DNA of 64,000 bases from Octopus vulgaris (Eukaryota), in the NCBI GenBank assembly GCA_951406725.2, contig OX597834.1:10354001-10418000 (forward strand). Direction: 5' to 3'. The notes under the pieces are model-generated. The model made no database searches, was not told the origin of the DNA, and saw only the letters and a list, made by a program, of their open reading frames with translations. The position numbers and the translations under genes were made by a program. This document shows, one piece after another, positions 14,935 to 27,014 of this stretch. Within the stretch, counting starts at the first letter, position 1. Each line of letters starts with the position of its first letter.

Positions 14935-15689
14935 GCCCATGTATGAAAATATATATAAATATATATATAAATGTATATATACACATGTATGAAGATATAT
15001 ATAAATATATATATGTATATATACACATGTATGAAAATATATATAAATATATATATGTATATATACACATGTATGAAAATATATATAAATATATATATAT
15101 GTATATATACACTTGTATGAAAATATATATAAATATATATATGTATATATACACTTGTATGAAAAAAATATATGTATATACACATGTATGTAAATATATA
15201 TATATATGTATATACACATGTATGTAAATTTATCTTTATATATACACACAGATATGTAAACATATATTAATATATTGCATAAACTTTATTGCATGTTTTA
15301 TGATATTTCATTATGCGGTAGTATTTTATTAGGTGCTTTGTTGCATTTTATATAATATATTTGTTTTATCGATTTTATTACGGTTAGTTATTATCCATTA
15401 TATTCATTTCAATTCTACTTCGCGACAATGTATGGATGTATGTAAATTGTACATGCCTATATACGAGCGCAGAGCATTTGTGAAGTTGTGTATGCATATG
15501 TATATGCTTAGACACACATCATGCACACATAGATGTATACTGTCAAATGGATGCATAATTGAACCGTCTGAATACAAATTTGTAAGTTGGTTATATAAGC
15601 ATGCATATATATATATATAGATAGATAGATAGACATACATATATATATATTCAAACCCCCACAGACATATACACACACAGATATCTCTA

Positions 15690-16052
15690 ACTCTTTTACT
15701 TGTTTCAGTCATTTGACTGCAGCCATGCTGAAGCACCGTCTTTAATCGAGCAAATCGACCCCAGGACTTATTCTTTGTAAGTCTAGTACTTATTCTATCG
15801 GTCTCATTTGCCGATACGCTAGGTTACGAAGACGCAAACACACCAGCATTGGTTGTGGGGACAAACACAGACACACAAACACACACACACATATATATTG
15901 CTATACCTATATACGACGAGCTTCTTTCAGTTTCCGTCTACCAAATCCACTGACACGGCTATAGAAGAAAACACTTACCCAAGGTGTTGCGCAGTGGGAC
16001 TGAACCCGGATCCATGTTTTTGGCAAGCAAGCTCCGTACCACACAGCCTCTT
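15690..16052 (-). mobile_element. SINE family A copy
   Basis: Reverse complement of 3048-3452 with internal deletions. Confidence 0.88.
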
Positions 16053-16072
16053 CTAGTCTACAATGCATGTAT

Positions 16073-16148
<76 letters not shown>

Positions 16149-16926
16149 GAACAAATACATACACACATATATGCATACAATTACATACGTACATTATTAT
16201 TTGGCTACGGTGAATATAATCTTGCAAACTTAGCAACTTAAATCTGGTGTGCAGTACAGAAACAAATGTTGTGCCCAACCATTATAGCCTGATATCTTCC
16301 GTCCTCATGTTATATTTATTTGGCAAAGACGTTAGGTACCATTATTCGAAAGTTATGATAATGGGACCAGGTGCACTGTGAACGTAGATGTATAACATCT
16401 GATTGTCATGTCGATACAGTGAGAAAGTGATGTGCGTCTGTGTTTTTGTTTGTCTGTATTTGTTTGTATTTATGTGTGTGTAAATTGCATAGATATGTGT
16501 GTGTGTGTGTGTGTGTTTAGGTAGTGTGTATTGTTGTGTTGTCTATTTCTTTTTGGTTGTTTACGAACGTGTATACCGCGATATATATGCTTACCTATAA
16601 GTGCTAAAATGCATTTGAATATCACCCTTTCTGTGCGATTGTAAAGGCAGGATGTTAGACGTGAGAAAAGAAATGAAAGAAAGAAGATAGATTGATAGAT
16701 ATTTAGAAGATAGGTAGATAGATAGATAAAGAGATATGTAGATAGGTAAGCTGGTAGATATGTAGGTAGATAAATAAAAAAATAGATACATAGCAAGATT
16801 GTTAGAAAACTGATAGATAAGTAAATAGAGAGACAGACATAGATTGTCAGATAGATAGATAGATAGATAGGTAGGTAGGTAAGTTGGAAGGTAGATAGAT
16901 ACAAATTAGTTAATTAGTCATATAAC

Positions 16927-17016
<90 letters not shown>

Positions 17017-17034
17017 GGGAAGCTTTATGAAAAT

Positions 17035-17212
17035 AGACAAAAGACGAAGGCAGGTGGAATACAAACAAACAATTGTATTAGTATGGCGCTCAGGAATATA
17101 AATAAAACAAGTCTTTAACGTTTCGAGCCTACGCTCTGCAACAGAAAGATACTCAGAGAAGAAACACAGAAAGAAGGAGAGAAAAAAAATGCGTGCAGAG
17201 GCTAGCGAATCA
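17035..17212 (-). mobile_element. Penelope-like pseudo-LTR fragment with minimal hammerhead motif (17112-17149)
   Basis: Minus strand TCTTT-CTGTTGC-A-GAGC gtag GCTC-GAAAC-GT-T-AAAGA. Embedded between (TA)n arrays and closely similar to 9290-9470. Confidence 0.7.
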
Positions 17213-17230
17213 AAATATATATATATATAT

Positions 17231-17308
<78 letters not shown>

Positions 17309-17309
<1 letters not shown>

Positions 17310-18350
17310 TGTTTCTTTATTAGCCACACAGGGCTGCACACAGATAGAACAAATTACAAGGTAGAGCTTTTCTTTTGAAGGTTTAAAAAAAAAAAAATAA
17401 TAAAAATAAAAATAAAGGAAGGGGGAGTTTCGATCAAAAGGGATCGTAAAAGGAGAGAAAGAAGACAAAAAAAGGGGGTTAAAAAAAGGGGGAGAGGAAA
17501 AAAAAAAAAAAATTGATCAATAGGGATCGTTATCACAGAAATGTCAATATGAAGTGTAAAGGGGAGGACAGGTGAGGTTTACCCGTGGAAAGAAAAGCCT
17601 ACGGAAAAGACCACGGTAACCTCGGTCAATGAAGTCACATTTTATATTTCTTTTTTTTTTTTTTTTGCAAATAAGCAACTCTCTGTTTTCGATTTCTGGG
17701 TTCATAGGACTATGCTCAAGGTGGCTTCGTCATTCATACGTGCCATTCTTGCTACATTCACCCATCTTTTTTAAAACATTCGCTAGACAAAACTTGCCTC
17801 TCTACTCTCACTTTCCTTTTCAAGTGGTACTTGAAGAAGTTGATGAGAGATTGACCAGAGAGGAAAGTGTTTGTCTCCAATCCTTTCAGACGCGTCCACC
17901 AGATACATTCTTTCGCCATAGCCACAAGGATGATGAAAATAGCTCTTCCTTCCCGTTTGAAGGAAGGAGGCGTGACAATATTGACGATAGACTCAGCTGA
18001 TAAACCGACTCGTCCCACACGTGACAGCAGTTGTTCGACATAAGCCCACAGGTCGGAAATTGTTGGACACTGAACGAGTGCGTGCAGAACGGTTTCGTCG
18101 CTCTGACCGCATCTCGGGCAGGTCGGCCCCGTGTTTCTCGAGCCGTGTCTGTAGAGCTTATCCCGAACGGGTAGCGCTTCTCGGTAGCACTGCCAGGCCA
18201 GGGATCTCTGGAAGTTGTCCATGGGCCCTGGCCCGAAAGTCGTCCTGAACAGGCGGGTCAGGTACTCCTCGTCGACGTCCAGGTTCGCCCCGAGCTCGTC
18301 GTCGTACCTCCCCTCCACTAAACCCCTATAGAATGCTTTGGTTGTGTTGA
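17309..18350 (-). mobile_element. 3' fragment of an L1/Tx1-like LINE within a (GATA)n array
   Basis: ORF 17758-18318 contains the CCHC zinc-binding motif CPRCGQSDETVLHALVQCP typical of LINE ORF2 C-termini. The 3' UTR ends AATAAAGAAAC followed by (ATCT)n. GC-rich relative to flanks. Confidence 0.85.
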
Positions 18351-18351
18351 A

Positions 18352-18412
<61 letters not shown>

Positions 18413-18413
18413 G

Positions 18414-18452
<39 letters not shown>

Positions 18453-18453
18453 G

Positions 18454-18492
<39 letters not shown>

Positions 18493-18493
18493 G

Positions 18494-18532
<39 letters not shown>

Positions 18533-18533
18533 G

Positions 18534-18580
<47 letters not shown>

Positions 18581-18625
18581 CAGAGAGAGAGATAGATAGA
18601 TAGATAGATAGATAGACAGAGAGAG

Positions 18626-18703
<78 letters not shown>

Positions 18704-18710
18704 AAAGATA
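18352..18710. repeat. (GATA/GACA)n tetranucleotide array
   Basis: Direct reading; partner array at 17231-17308 on the other side of the LINE fragment. Confidence 0.97.
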
Positions 18711-18986
18711 GACCGATGAAGTAACTTTATAGAGTAAGTCACAAATTTATCACACAGGTGTATATTTATGGAAAGTAAGTGAATAAAATGAACTAGCGTC
18801 ATGAATGACGCGTTTATCATTTGAGTTTTACCTTTATTTTATCATAGTGCAAACACAAACACACTTCCAGAAATATATGTGTATATACATATACGTTTGG
18901 TGGTCGAAGCAGGATAAATGGATGTTGCTACGCCAAAAAAAGTGGCCTATGCATATTTTATGATTCAGGTGTAAACATACAATGAC

Positions 18987-19028
<42 letters not shown>

Positions 19029-19086
19029 GCAACAGTATTAGTCGTAGTATAACTTTTGTTCTACTGTCACTTCAATGTGTATGTAC

Positions 19087-19157
<71 letters not shown>

Positions 19158-20659
19158 TACATACTTATATATATATATAATATATATATATGCATACATA
19201 CTTATATATATATATATAATATATATATATGCATACATACTTATATATATATATATTTTATATATATATATATTATACACATACATATTTGTATCTTCAT
19301 ATATACATTTATACATATGCACACAAACATATCTATATATATGTATATTCATAAATACTTACATATGTATAGTATGCGTTTGATTTTGTATGTACGTATG
19401 TGTTTGTAGGCATTTCGCAAGTGAGAAATTACCAAGAGAATCGAATATGTTGTTGGATATGAAAGATTGGTATTAAGATATTCCGTTAAAAATCAATATA
19501 TTTATCATATCTTCAGGTTTATCCATGGCAGTTTTTGAAATTCAATTTCTTGTCGCTACTTAATATTCTCTAACCGATTCGAGAATATATTACCATTCAT
19601 AATACACATTAGCGGACACACAGAAACTGAAGAAATAAAATTATGACGTATATTACCCAAGGATTTATTTTTTATTGTTATTTTCCTCAGCTACCATTAC
19701 GTTCTACATTTGTGGATGCAGGTATGGCGAGTGGAAGTGTGTGTGTGAGAGAGAGATACATTAATATTCACAGGAAAAAACACACTAATATATAAATATA
19801 ACATTCATATAATTCACTAAGTGGAACACACGAGAAGCCATTCACTATATCATGTCTATCTTTGTTTAAATTTATTTCCGTCAGCAGAAAAGAAATACAA
19901 GTCACTAACTTATTCAAAATGTACCTAGAAAATCCCACCAAACATTCGTAGTAAAGCTGCCTTCACAAGATGTCTCCTTCACAGAATATTATTTCTCTTG
20001 CATGAATGAAGATGTGAAATTTGTAAAATAGCTATAATAAGTTTTGCCGTTAAAAGAAAATTCTTAGTTTATTGCAGAATTCTGGCCAATACTCCTGTAC
20101 TAAAGCACCGACCTGACTTACACATTGTGAGTGAATTTTGTTATCTGAAATATTCTAGAAGATCGTCACGCACCCGAGCGCGGGCGTGTGTTTATGTGAA
20201 TGTACGTATGTATACATGTTTGTTTTCGGGTCGGTTTCCTCACCGCTGGGAAACAGGTCTCGATTTTTTAGCGACTCCATAACTTAACTGTTCGGCCAAA
20301 GATACTTGCAGACAGTGAACAACTCTTAAAATGAGTATTGGGTTCGTTTCGTTTCGCAGACCTTAACAGATGGTACTTCAGCGTAGAGGCGATCCAGTAA
20401 CCGAAACAGGTAAAAAAAAAAAACAAAAAAACATCACAATTACATGCAAGCATAAAGCAGGGCACACACACTGATATACCTACATCAATTCACACCAAAC
20501 CACAATTTTTATCCTCACAATATAGATTCATACGTTTTCCTATGTCATAAATTCACAGGTCTATACAGCAGTATATTTAAGCAAGAGCCGGTATATGATT
20601 GCATTTTCTGAATACGGATGATATTAACTGACTCACATTATCCAAATTCAATTTGTTAC

Positions 20660-21066
20660 TCTCTCTTTTACTCTTTTACTTGTTTCAGTCATTCGATTGC
20701 GGCCATGCTGGAGCACCACCTTTAGTCGAGCAAATCGACCCCGGGACTTATTCTTTGTAAGCCCAGTACTTATTCTATCGGTCTCTTTTGCCGAACCGCT
20801 AAGTGACGGGGACGTAAACACACCAGCATCGGTTGTCAAGCAATGCTAGGGAGACAAACACAGACACACAAACACACAAACATACATATATATACATATA
20901 TACGACAGGCTTCTTTCAGTTTCCGTCTACCAAATCTACTCACAAGGCATTGGTCGGCCCGGGGCTATAGCAGAAGACACTTGCCCAAGATGCCACGCAG
21001 TGGGACTGAACCCGGAACCATGTGGTTGGTTAGCAAGCTACTTACCACATAGCCACTCCTGCGCCT
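20660..21066 (-). mobile_element. SINE family A copy
   Basis: Full-length reverse-complement match to the family. Confidence 0.9.
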
Positions 21067-21740
21067 ATTGTTAGTCACAAATATGGAAAACACTTCTAAA
21101 ATTATCCAACTGAGATTGCTAAAAAATTATATAACTGATTTTGACATTATTCTGACAGGATACACAGACATCACATTAAATATTTAAATATTCTCAATGA
21201 AACTTTTTCGTTGAAGATTTATACAATGAGTTAGACGCAAGCGCCCACGTTACTGTCTCTGAAAATCCCAAATAGTCGGAGTGAGAGCTGTATCAAATAT
21301 AATACGCGCATTTCTATCATGTAGCCGAAAAAAAAGCGTAAAGTACATATAACTTTCTGGACCTCTAAGAATAATGCAAGGGAGGGGATATTTTCTCATC
21401 CCAGATACTTGGATGAAGTGTTTACAATAGAATGATCCCTGCTACAGTCATTGAAGGCAAGTGTTGGATACGAAGGGGAAAATTAAAACTAAAAATTAAA
21501 ACTGAAAGGCGAGTGTTGGATTCGAAGGGGAAACTTAAAAGAAATCAGAGACTAATGCCTTGTCCGATGCTTTCACCAGTCCAGTACCTTAGGCAGGTTA
21601 TTTATCGACTGCAGAATTATGTAAGCAATGTAGATCCTAGCAGGAATTGAACTCGGGACGTAAGAAACTGGAATAACTATCTCCAGGTATTTCGTCCGAC
21701 GCTCCACGGTTTCTAACAGTTCGGTAGCTCTATAACAAAA

Positions 21741-22138
21741 AGGCGGTGAGCTGGCAGAAACGTTAGCACGCCGGGCGAAATGCTCTGCTGTATTTCGTCT
21801 GCCGCTACGTTCACAGTTCAAATTCCGCCGAGGTCGACTTTGCCTTTCATCCTTTCGGGGTCGAATAAATAAGTACCAGTTACGCACTGGGGTCGATGTA
21901 ATCGACTTAATACCTATGTCTGTCCTTGTTTGTCCCCTCTGTGTTTAGCTCCTTGTGGGTAATAAAGAAATAGGTATTTCGTCTGCCGCTACGTTCTGAG
22001 TTCAAATTCCGCCGACGTCGACTTTGCCTTTCATCCTTTCGGGGTCGATTAAATAAGTACCAGTTACGCACTAGAGTCGGTAGAACCGACTTAATCCGTT
22101 TGTCTGTCCTTGTTTGTCCCCTCTGTGTAAAGAAATAG
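21741..22138 (+). mobile_element. SINE family B, two tandem body units
   Basis: Head GGCGGTGAGCTGGCAGAAACGTTAGC plus two about 170-bp units. TSD GGTAGCTCTAT(A/G)ACAAA. Confidence 0.9.
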
Positions 22139-22360
22139 GTAGCTCTATGACAAAGAAATTATGTTCACAAAGTTTCATGAGACATGAATAAATATATTAT
22201 TTGTCTATGCTAACTTATTCCTAATTCAATTATGTTGCATCATATTATCCTAGCTTGCATTTTTCGTGTATTCATACTAACGACAATAGAAATCAATACA
22301 GGGCGTGATTATTCAATATGTAGATATGTCATGACCGAGTGGCTTAGAAGTTATTTTTAC

Positions 22361-22923
22361 AAAGGCGGCGAGCTGGTAGAAACGTCAGCACGCCGGGCGA
22401 AATGCTTAGCAGTTATTTCGTCTGCCGCTACGTTCTGAGTTCAAATTCCACCGAGGTCGACTTTGCCTTTCATCCTTTCAAGGTCGATAAAATAAGTACC
22501 AGTTACGCACTGGGGTCGATATAATCGACTTAATCCGTTTGTCTGTCCTTATTTGTCCTCTCTGTGTGTAGCCCCTTGTAGGCAGAAAAGAAATAGGTAT
22601 TTGGTCTGCCGTTTCGTTCTGATTTCAAATTCCACCGAGGTCGTCTTTGCCTTTCATCCTTTCGGAGTCGATTAAAAAAGTACCATGTCCTTGTGTGTCC
22701 CCTCTGTGTTTATCCCCTTTGTGGGTAGTAAAGAAACAAGTACTTTCGTCTGCCGCTGCGTTCTGAGTTCAAATTCCGCCGAGGTCGACTTTGCCTTTCA
22801 TCCTTCCGGAGTCGATAAATTAAGTACCAGTTACACACTGGGGTTGATGTAATCGACTTAATCCGTTTGTCTGTCCTTGTTTGTTGCCTGTATGTTTAGC
22901 CCTATGTGGGTAATAAAGAAATA
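22361..22923 (+). mobile_element. SINE family B, three tandem body units
   Basis: Head plus three units (the middle one deleted internally). TSD AGAAGTTATTTT(T/C)AC. Confidence 0.9.
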
Positions 22924-23253
22924 AGAAGTTATTTTCACACTCACAGGGATCCGTGTTCTATACAATTTCCCGGCACCTACATTTTTAAAAATCATAACTC
23001 CACATCCACTTGGGGCTATAAAATTGGTTGTATGGAATCTGTGTAGAAGCCAATCGAGTAGATTGTAACCCTAATTAAAATGTCTATACTTGTCACACAT
23101 TGTACCTCACCGATACTGCCTGAGGATTAATGGAAATCTATACTGATTTGGAATATTCAACCTATTATAGGCTGAAGCAATGAGCAAGGAATTCAGTCGA
23201 TAGGGCTAATGAATACACATCCTCGAAACCGACAGGGATGCATTTACCTTTTA

Positions 23254-23654
23254 TGATCTTTTCGGTTTGAACGGCAGTTTTTTCTAGCGGTGTCACCCAT
23301 AAATATGACCCTAGTATCGATCTATTGCATTTCGATCTGTTTTACGGTTAGGGTTAGGGGTGAGGGAAAGGGTATCTTTTTTTCTTCACAAATGTAAATA
23401 AACCCAATCTGTTTCTTAAACGAGGGACATATTCATACGGCACAGAATGTTTTCACCTCAATATACGTCATTGATTGGTTGAAATTTTAGAAATTGAAGA
23501 GAAAAATCAACAAATATCTTACAAACTATAGAGTTTTCTCATTAACGCACAGAGAAAAATATGTTTTATAAACACATTGTACCAGTATACGAAGTTTAAA
23601 AGTGTTTAGTTAGGTGGAAATTTTAAAAAACTGCCGTTCAAACCGAAAAGATCC
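23254..23654 (+). mobile_element. MITE with about 30-bp TIRs and 8-bp TSD (hAT-like)
   Basis: TIR (G)GATCTTTTCGGTTTGAACGGCAGTTTTT at both ends. Flanks ACCTTTTA / ACCTCTTA. Internal TTAGGG repeats. Confidence 0.88.
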
Positions 23655-24074
23655 ACCTCTTATGTTACATGTCCTGTCCACATTTAAATTGGGGAAACGT
23701 GATTTAGTGAAACGTTATTACAATTTATCACAGTTCGAAAGATCTCAAGAAGGATCGATTGCCGTATGCATGCCATAACTTTCAGGAATTTGTACATAGG
23801 TTTGATTCACGAAACTAATTTTGGAAGATTGTGGTTGTAGGAGAAAAAAAAAAGGTGAAGTATCCGGAGGTTGTTTACTGTTATCATAAAATGTGGATAA
23901 TATTATCAATATATTATCAATAGATTATAGTATTTTTACTTTTAAATAAATTCTGCAGAGAAATTCCGGCTGCAAGCTTTGGCGATATTAAGAGAAGATA
24001 AGTTTTCATATGTTATTCAGTACTGATTTTCGGTTCCATCTCCAAGATAAAAAATATAATTGCGACATCTAGAT

Positions 24075-24618
24075 AAACATGTCTCTTTGAGTTTTTTTAA
24101 TGAAGAGTTGGGCCTGCTCGGTGATTGATATTTAACAGCTGCGGTATTATAACTGTACTAAGGTAGCGTGATCTATAAATTGTGGCTAGAATGAATGGTT
24201 TCACGAAAATTTAACTGTCTCTATTTTATTTATTAGAAATTAATTTTTATAGCGAAAAAGCTTGAATTATTTAAAGGGACGAAAATACCCTACTGAGCTT
24301 TTATCATTATTTAAATTATATATATATATATATAGTACGTTTAAATATTTGTTGTCCAAGATTTTACTTATTTGTGTGTCTCCTAACTAACCGTCACAAA
24401 ATGGCTGACGGTTAGTAAGGAGAGACACAAATAAGTAAGAAGAAAACAAAGGCCCACTGATGCGGTCACAGGAGTGTGACGAAAGAACTCTGGCCGAAAT
24501 AAGATTAAGATTAATGTAAAAAATATATAACACTGAAGCAAAATAACACCAAATATATAGTGCGTGTGTTTTTATTGGCTAAACTGGCAATATGACTATT
24601 CCGAAATATAACAATATT

Positions 24619-24649
<31 letters not shown>

Positions 24650-24690
24650 TGTAAATAATTTTGGTTGGGGTGATCAAGGAATTAAGAATA
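24075..24690 (+). pseudogene. rrnL: NUMT: mitochondrial 16S rRNA (rrnL) fragment, split by an insertion (pieces about 24075-24320 and 24641-24690)
   Basis: Conserved mt-16S motifs in the correct order: AAACATGTCTCT, GGGCCTGCTCGGTGA, AACAGCTGCGGTATTATAACTGTACTAAGGTAGC, GGCTAGAATGAATGGTTT, GGGACGAAAA-ACCCTA-TGAGCTT, then after the insert TAATTTTGGTTGGGGTGATCAAGGAA. Short and indel-bearing, so nuclear. Confidence 0.9.
24334..24617 (+). mobile_element. (TA)n-flanked element inserted into the NUMT, with a 33-bp hairpin and a degenerate hammerhead motif
   Basis: Inverted repeat 24364-24396/24406-24438 (2 mismatches). GGCCCA-CTGATGC-G-GTCAC aggagt GTGAC-GAAAG-AA-CTC-TGGCC at 24451-24495. The 3' about 110 bp match 52931-53042. 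Confidence 0.65.
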
Positions 24691-25141
24691 TTTAAATGTA
24701 AGCCATTCTCTTAGCGCAGTACTGTCCGGGATTTCCTCTCTTGGTAAATTATTTGAATTTTTAATAAATATTCGAATATAACTCGACACAAGTGATGTTA
24801 CAAGCATATAACTTATTGATAAGAATTCCAAAGTTAGTGATAAGAATGAGTTCAATACTAGTGCCTGTTCTGCCCTCTCTATGCTTCTGGCTATCCACCA
24901 CTCTTCTTCTCTTTCGGTCTTTCTTACGTGTATCAGTCACATAGATGGCTGGACTTCGTTACATCGGAATGTTCTTTATCTCATTTTATGTTTCGACGTT
25001 ATTCTCTGCAGCTTCAGTAGGTTTATCAAATGTATGGGAGAATGGTGTAATCCTTCTTTCACCAAATTACTCGAAATTCACCAACATGAGCCGGTGTAAT
25101 CCGCACTGCAGACCAATGAACGAGTTGCTAATTTTGCTTTG

Positions 25142-25561
25142 GGATCTTTTCGGTTTGAACGGCAGTTTTTAACATAATTTCTAGGTAACTAAAAAATTTT
25201 AAACTTCGTATACTGGTAGAATATGTTTATAAAACATCTTTTTCCCTTGGCTTTATTGTGAAAATTCTATAGTTTGTAAGATTTTGCTGTTTTTCTTTTC
25301 TTCAATTTCTGCAATTTCAACCAATCGATGACGTCCATTGAGTTAAAAAACATTCTGTGCCGTATGAATATGTCCCTCGTTTAAGAAACAGATTGGGTTT
25401 ATTTACATTTGTGAAGAAAAAAAAGATACCCCACCGCTAACCCTAACTAAATCTAACCCTAAAACAGATTGAAATGCAATATATCGATACTAGAGTCATA
25501 ATTATGGGTGACAATTTCATGACACCACTAGAAAAAACTGCCGTTGAAACCGAAAAGATCC
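25142..25561 (-). mobile_element. Second copy of the same MITE, in inverted orientation
   Basis: Same TIRs; perfect 8-bp TSD TTGCTTTG (25134-25141 and 25562-25569). The interior is the reverse complement of 23254-23654. Confidence 0.9.
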
Positions 25562-26599
25562 TTGCTTTGTTATTGGTAGTTTACGCCTCAGTCTATATTC
25601 TATTTTTGTATAATCATTATAACCTCTAGTAGCTTGGATTGTTACATTAGGCACGAAATACCTATGGCTACTTTGATAACCCATAATCATTCAGATTATC
25701 AACAGATCGAAAACTGTGTTAGAATCGCACATTTCTGTAGTTTCACTGAACACAGAATTCCTCGATAGAAACATGGGAAGAATCAAATGCATGTAGCAGG
25801 TATCGTAGGCGGAATTCAATTTAAAACTTCAAGGAATAAAGCAATGCTTTATTAGGGAATCGCAGCTGTACACGAGTATTGCTTTATGCATTAGAACATA
25901 CAACGATATCAGAGAGCTATCTATGAAGGATTTTATCCTTTATCTGTGGCACCTTTATTAGAAAGATGCAGCCTACAGCAGCATTAAAGCGACCCTATGA
26001 AGTCTGCAGGACATGTTCTGTAGTACATTTATATAACTATCTCATTGAAACGGTTCTAGAGGCTCTGGGAATCTGTCTGTAGAGGAAACAATATAAAGCC
26101 CGGTGATATGATATAAAATGTTACGCTCTTGTTTTGCAGTACCCAGAGAAGTGAAATGAAAGAATTACTAGATTTCTTCCTTTCTTTGTCTATATAACTT
26201 ATTAACATAAGCGATATGAAATATATATCAAAACACGGAATTTAATATAGTTCTTGAATTTCACCTCGATAGAAATTTGCTTCAGCGAACATACAACATA
26301 TTGTTACATGGGAGGCAGTATTTGATCATAGTTATGAAACAAACTTCGATTTATTTGCTTTTGGAACTTTGCTACTCTGCTACAAATAAGTTAATATGTC
26401 CTTTTAAGATAATAAACGCTGAATTCAATATTGTAAACAAACAAACAAACAAACAAAACCGTCCTAACATGCGATATAGAGTTTATAGATGAACAAGAAA
26501 CGCAAAACAATTCATGATTTAAAGAATATTGGAACTGGAGATATCCGTGCATTTGTCTAGGAAAACTGAACTGAAGCAATTCCTACCTAGATATTATAT

Positions 26600-27014
26600 A
26601 TGTCTTTACTACCCACAAGGGGCTAAACACAGAGGGGACAAACAAGGACAGACAAACGGATTAAGCCGATTACATCGTCCCCAGTGCATAACTGGTACTT
26701 AATTTATCGACCCGAAAGGATGAAAGGCTAAGTCGACCTCGGCAGAATTTGAACTCAGAACGTAACGGCAGACGAAATACCTATTTCTTTACTACCGACA
26801 AGGGGCTAAACATAGAAGGGACAAATAAGGACAGACAAACGGATTAAGTCGATTACATCTTCCCCAGTGCGTAACTGGTACTTAATTTATCGACCTCGTT
26901 AGGATGAAAGGCTAAGTCGACCTCGGCGGAATTTGAACTCAGAACGTAACGGCAGACGAAATACGGCTACGCATTTCGCCCAGCGTGCTAACGTTTCTGC
27001 CAGCTCGCCGCCTT
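26600..27014 (-). mobile_element. SINE family B, two tandem body units
   Basis: Reverse complement of the family. 15-bp TSD TACCTAGATATTATA (26584-26598 and 27015-27029). Confidence 0.9.

Noticed and set aside
21741-22923. Tandem about 170-bp repeats superficially like a CRISPR or other array
   Set aside because: No unique spacers and no cas genes; they are SINE body duplications within TSDs in a eukaryotic intron.
23347-23362. TTAGGG telomeric repeats
   Set aside because: Only 2-3 units and internal to the MITE; not an interstitial telomere.
24075-24320. Functional rRNA gene or mitochondrial contig contamination
   Set aside because: Short, indel-bearing, interrupted by a nuclear repeat and embedded in nuclear intron sequence.
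24881-25099. RFIKCMGEWCNPSF as a possible iGluR M1-M2 exon (compare RFSPYEWYNPHPC)
   Set aside because: No following NS-WF...QQG motif, no suitable donor site, and an early stop codon.
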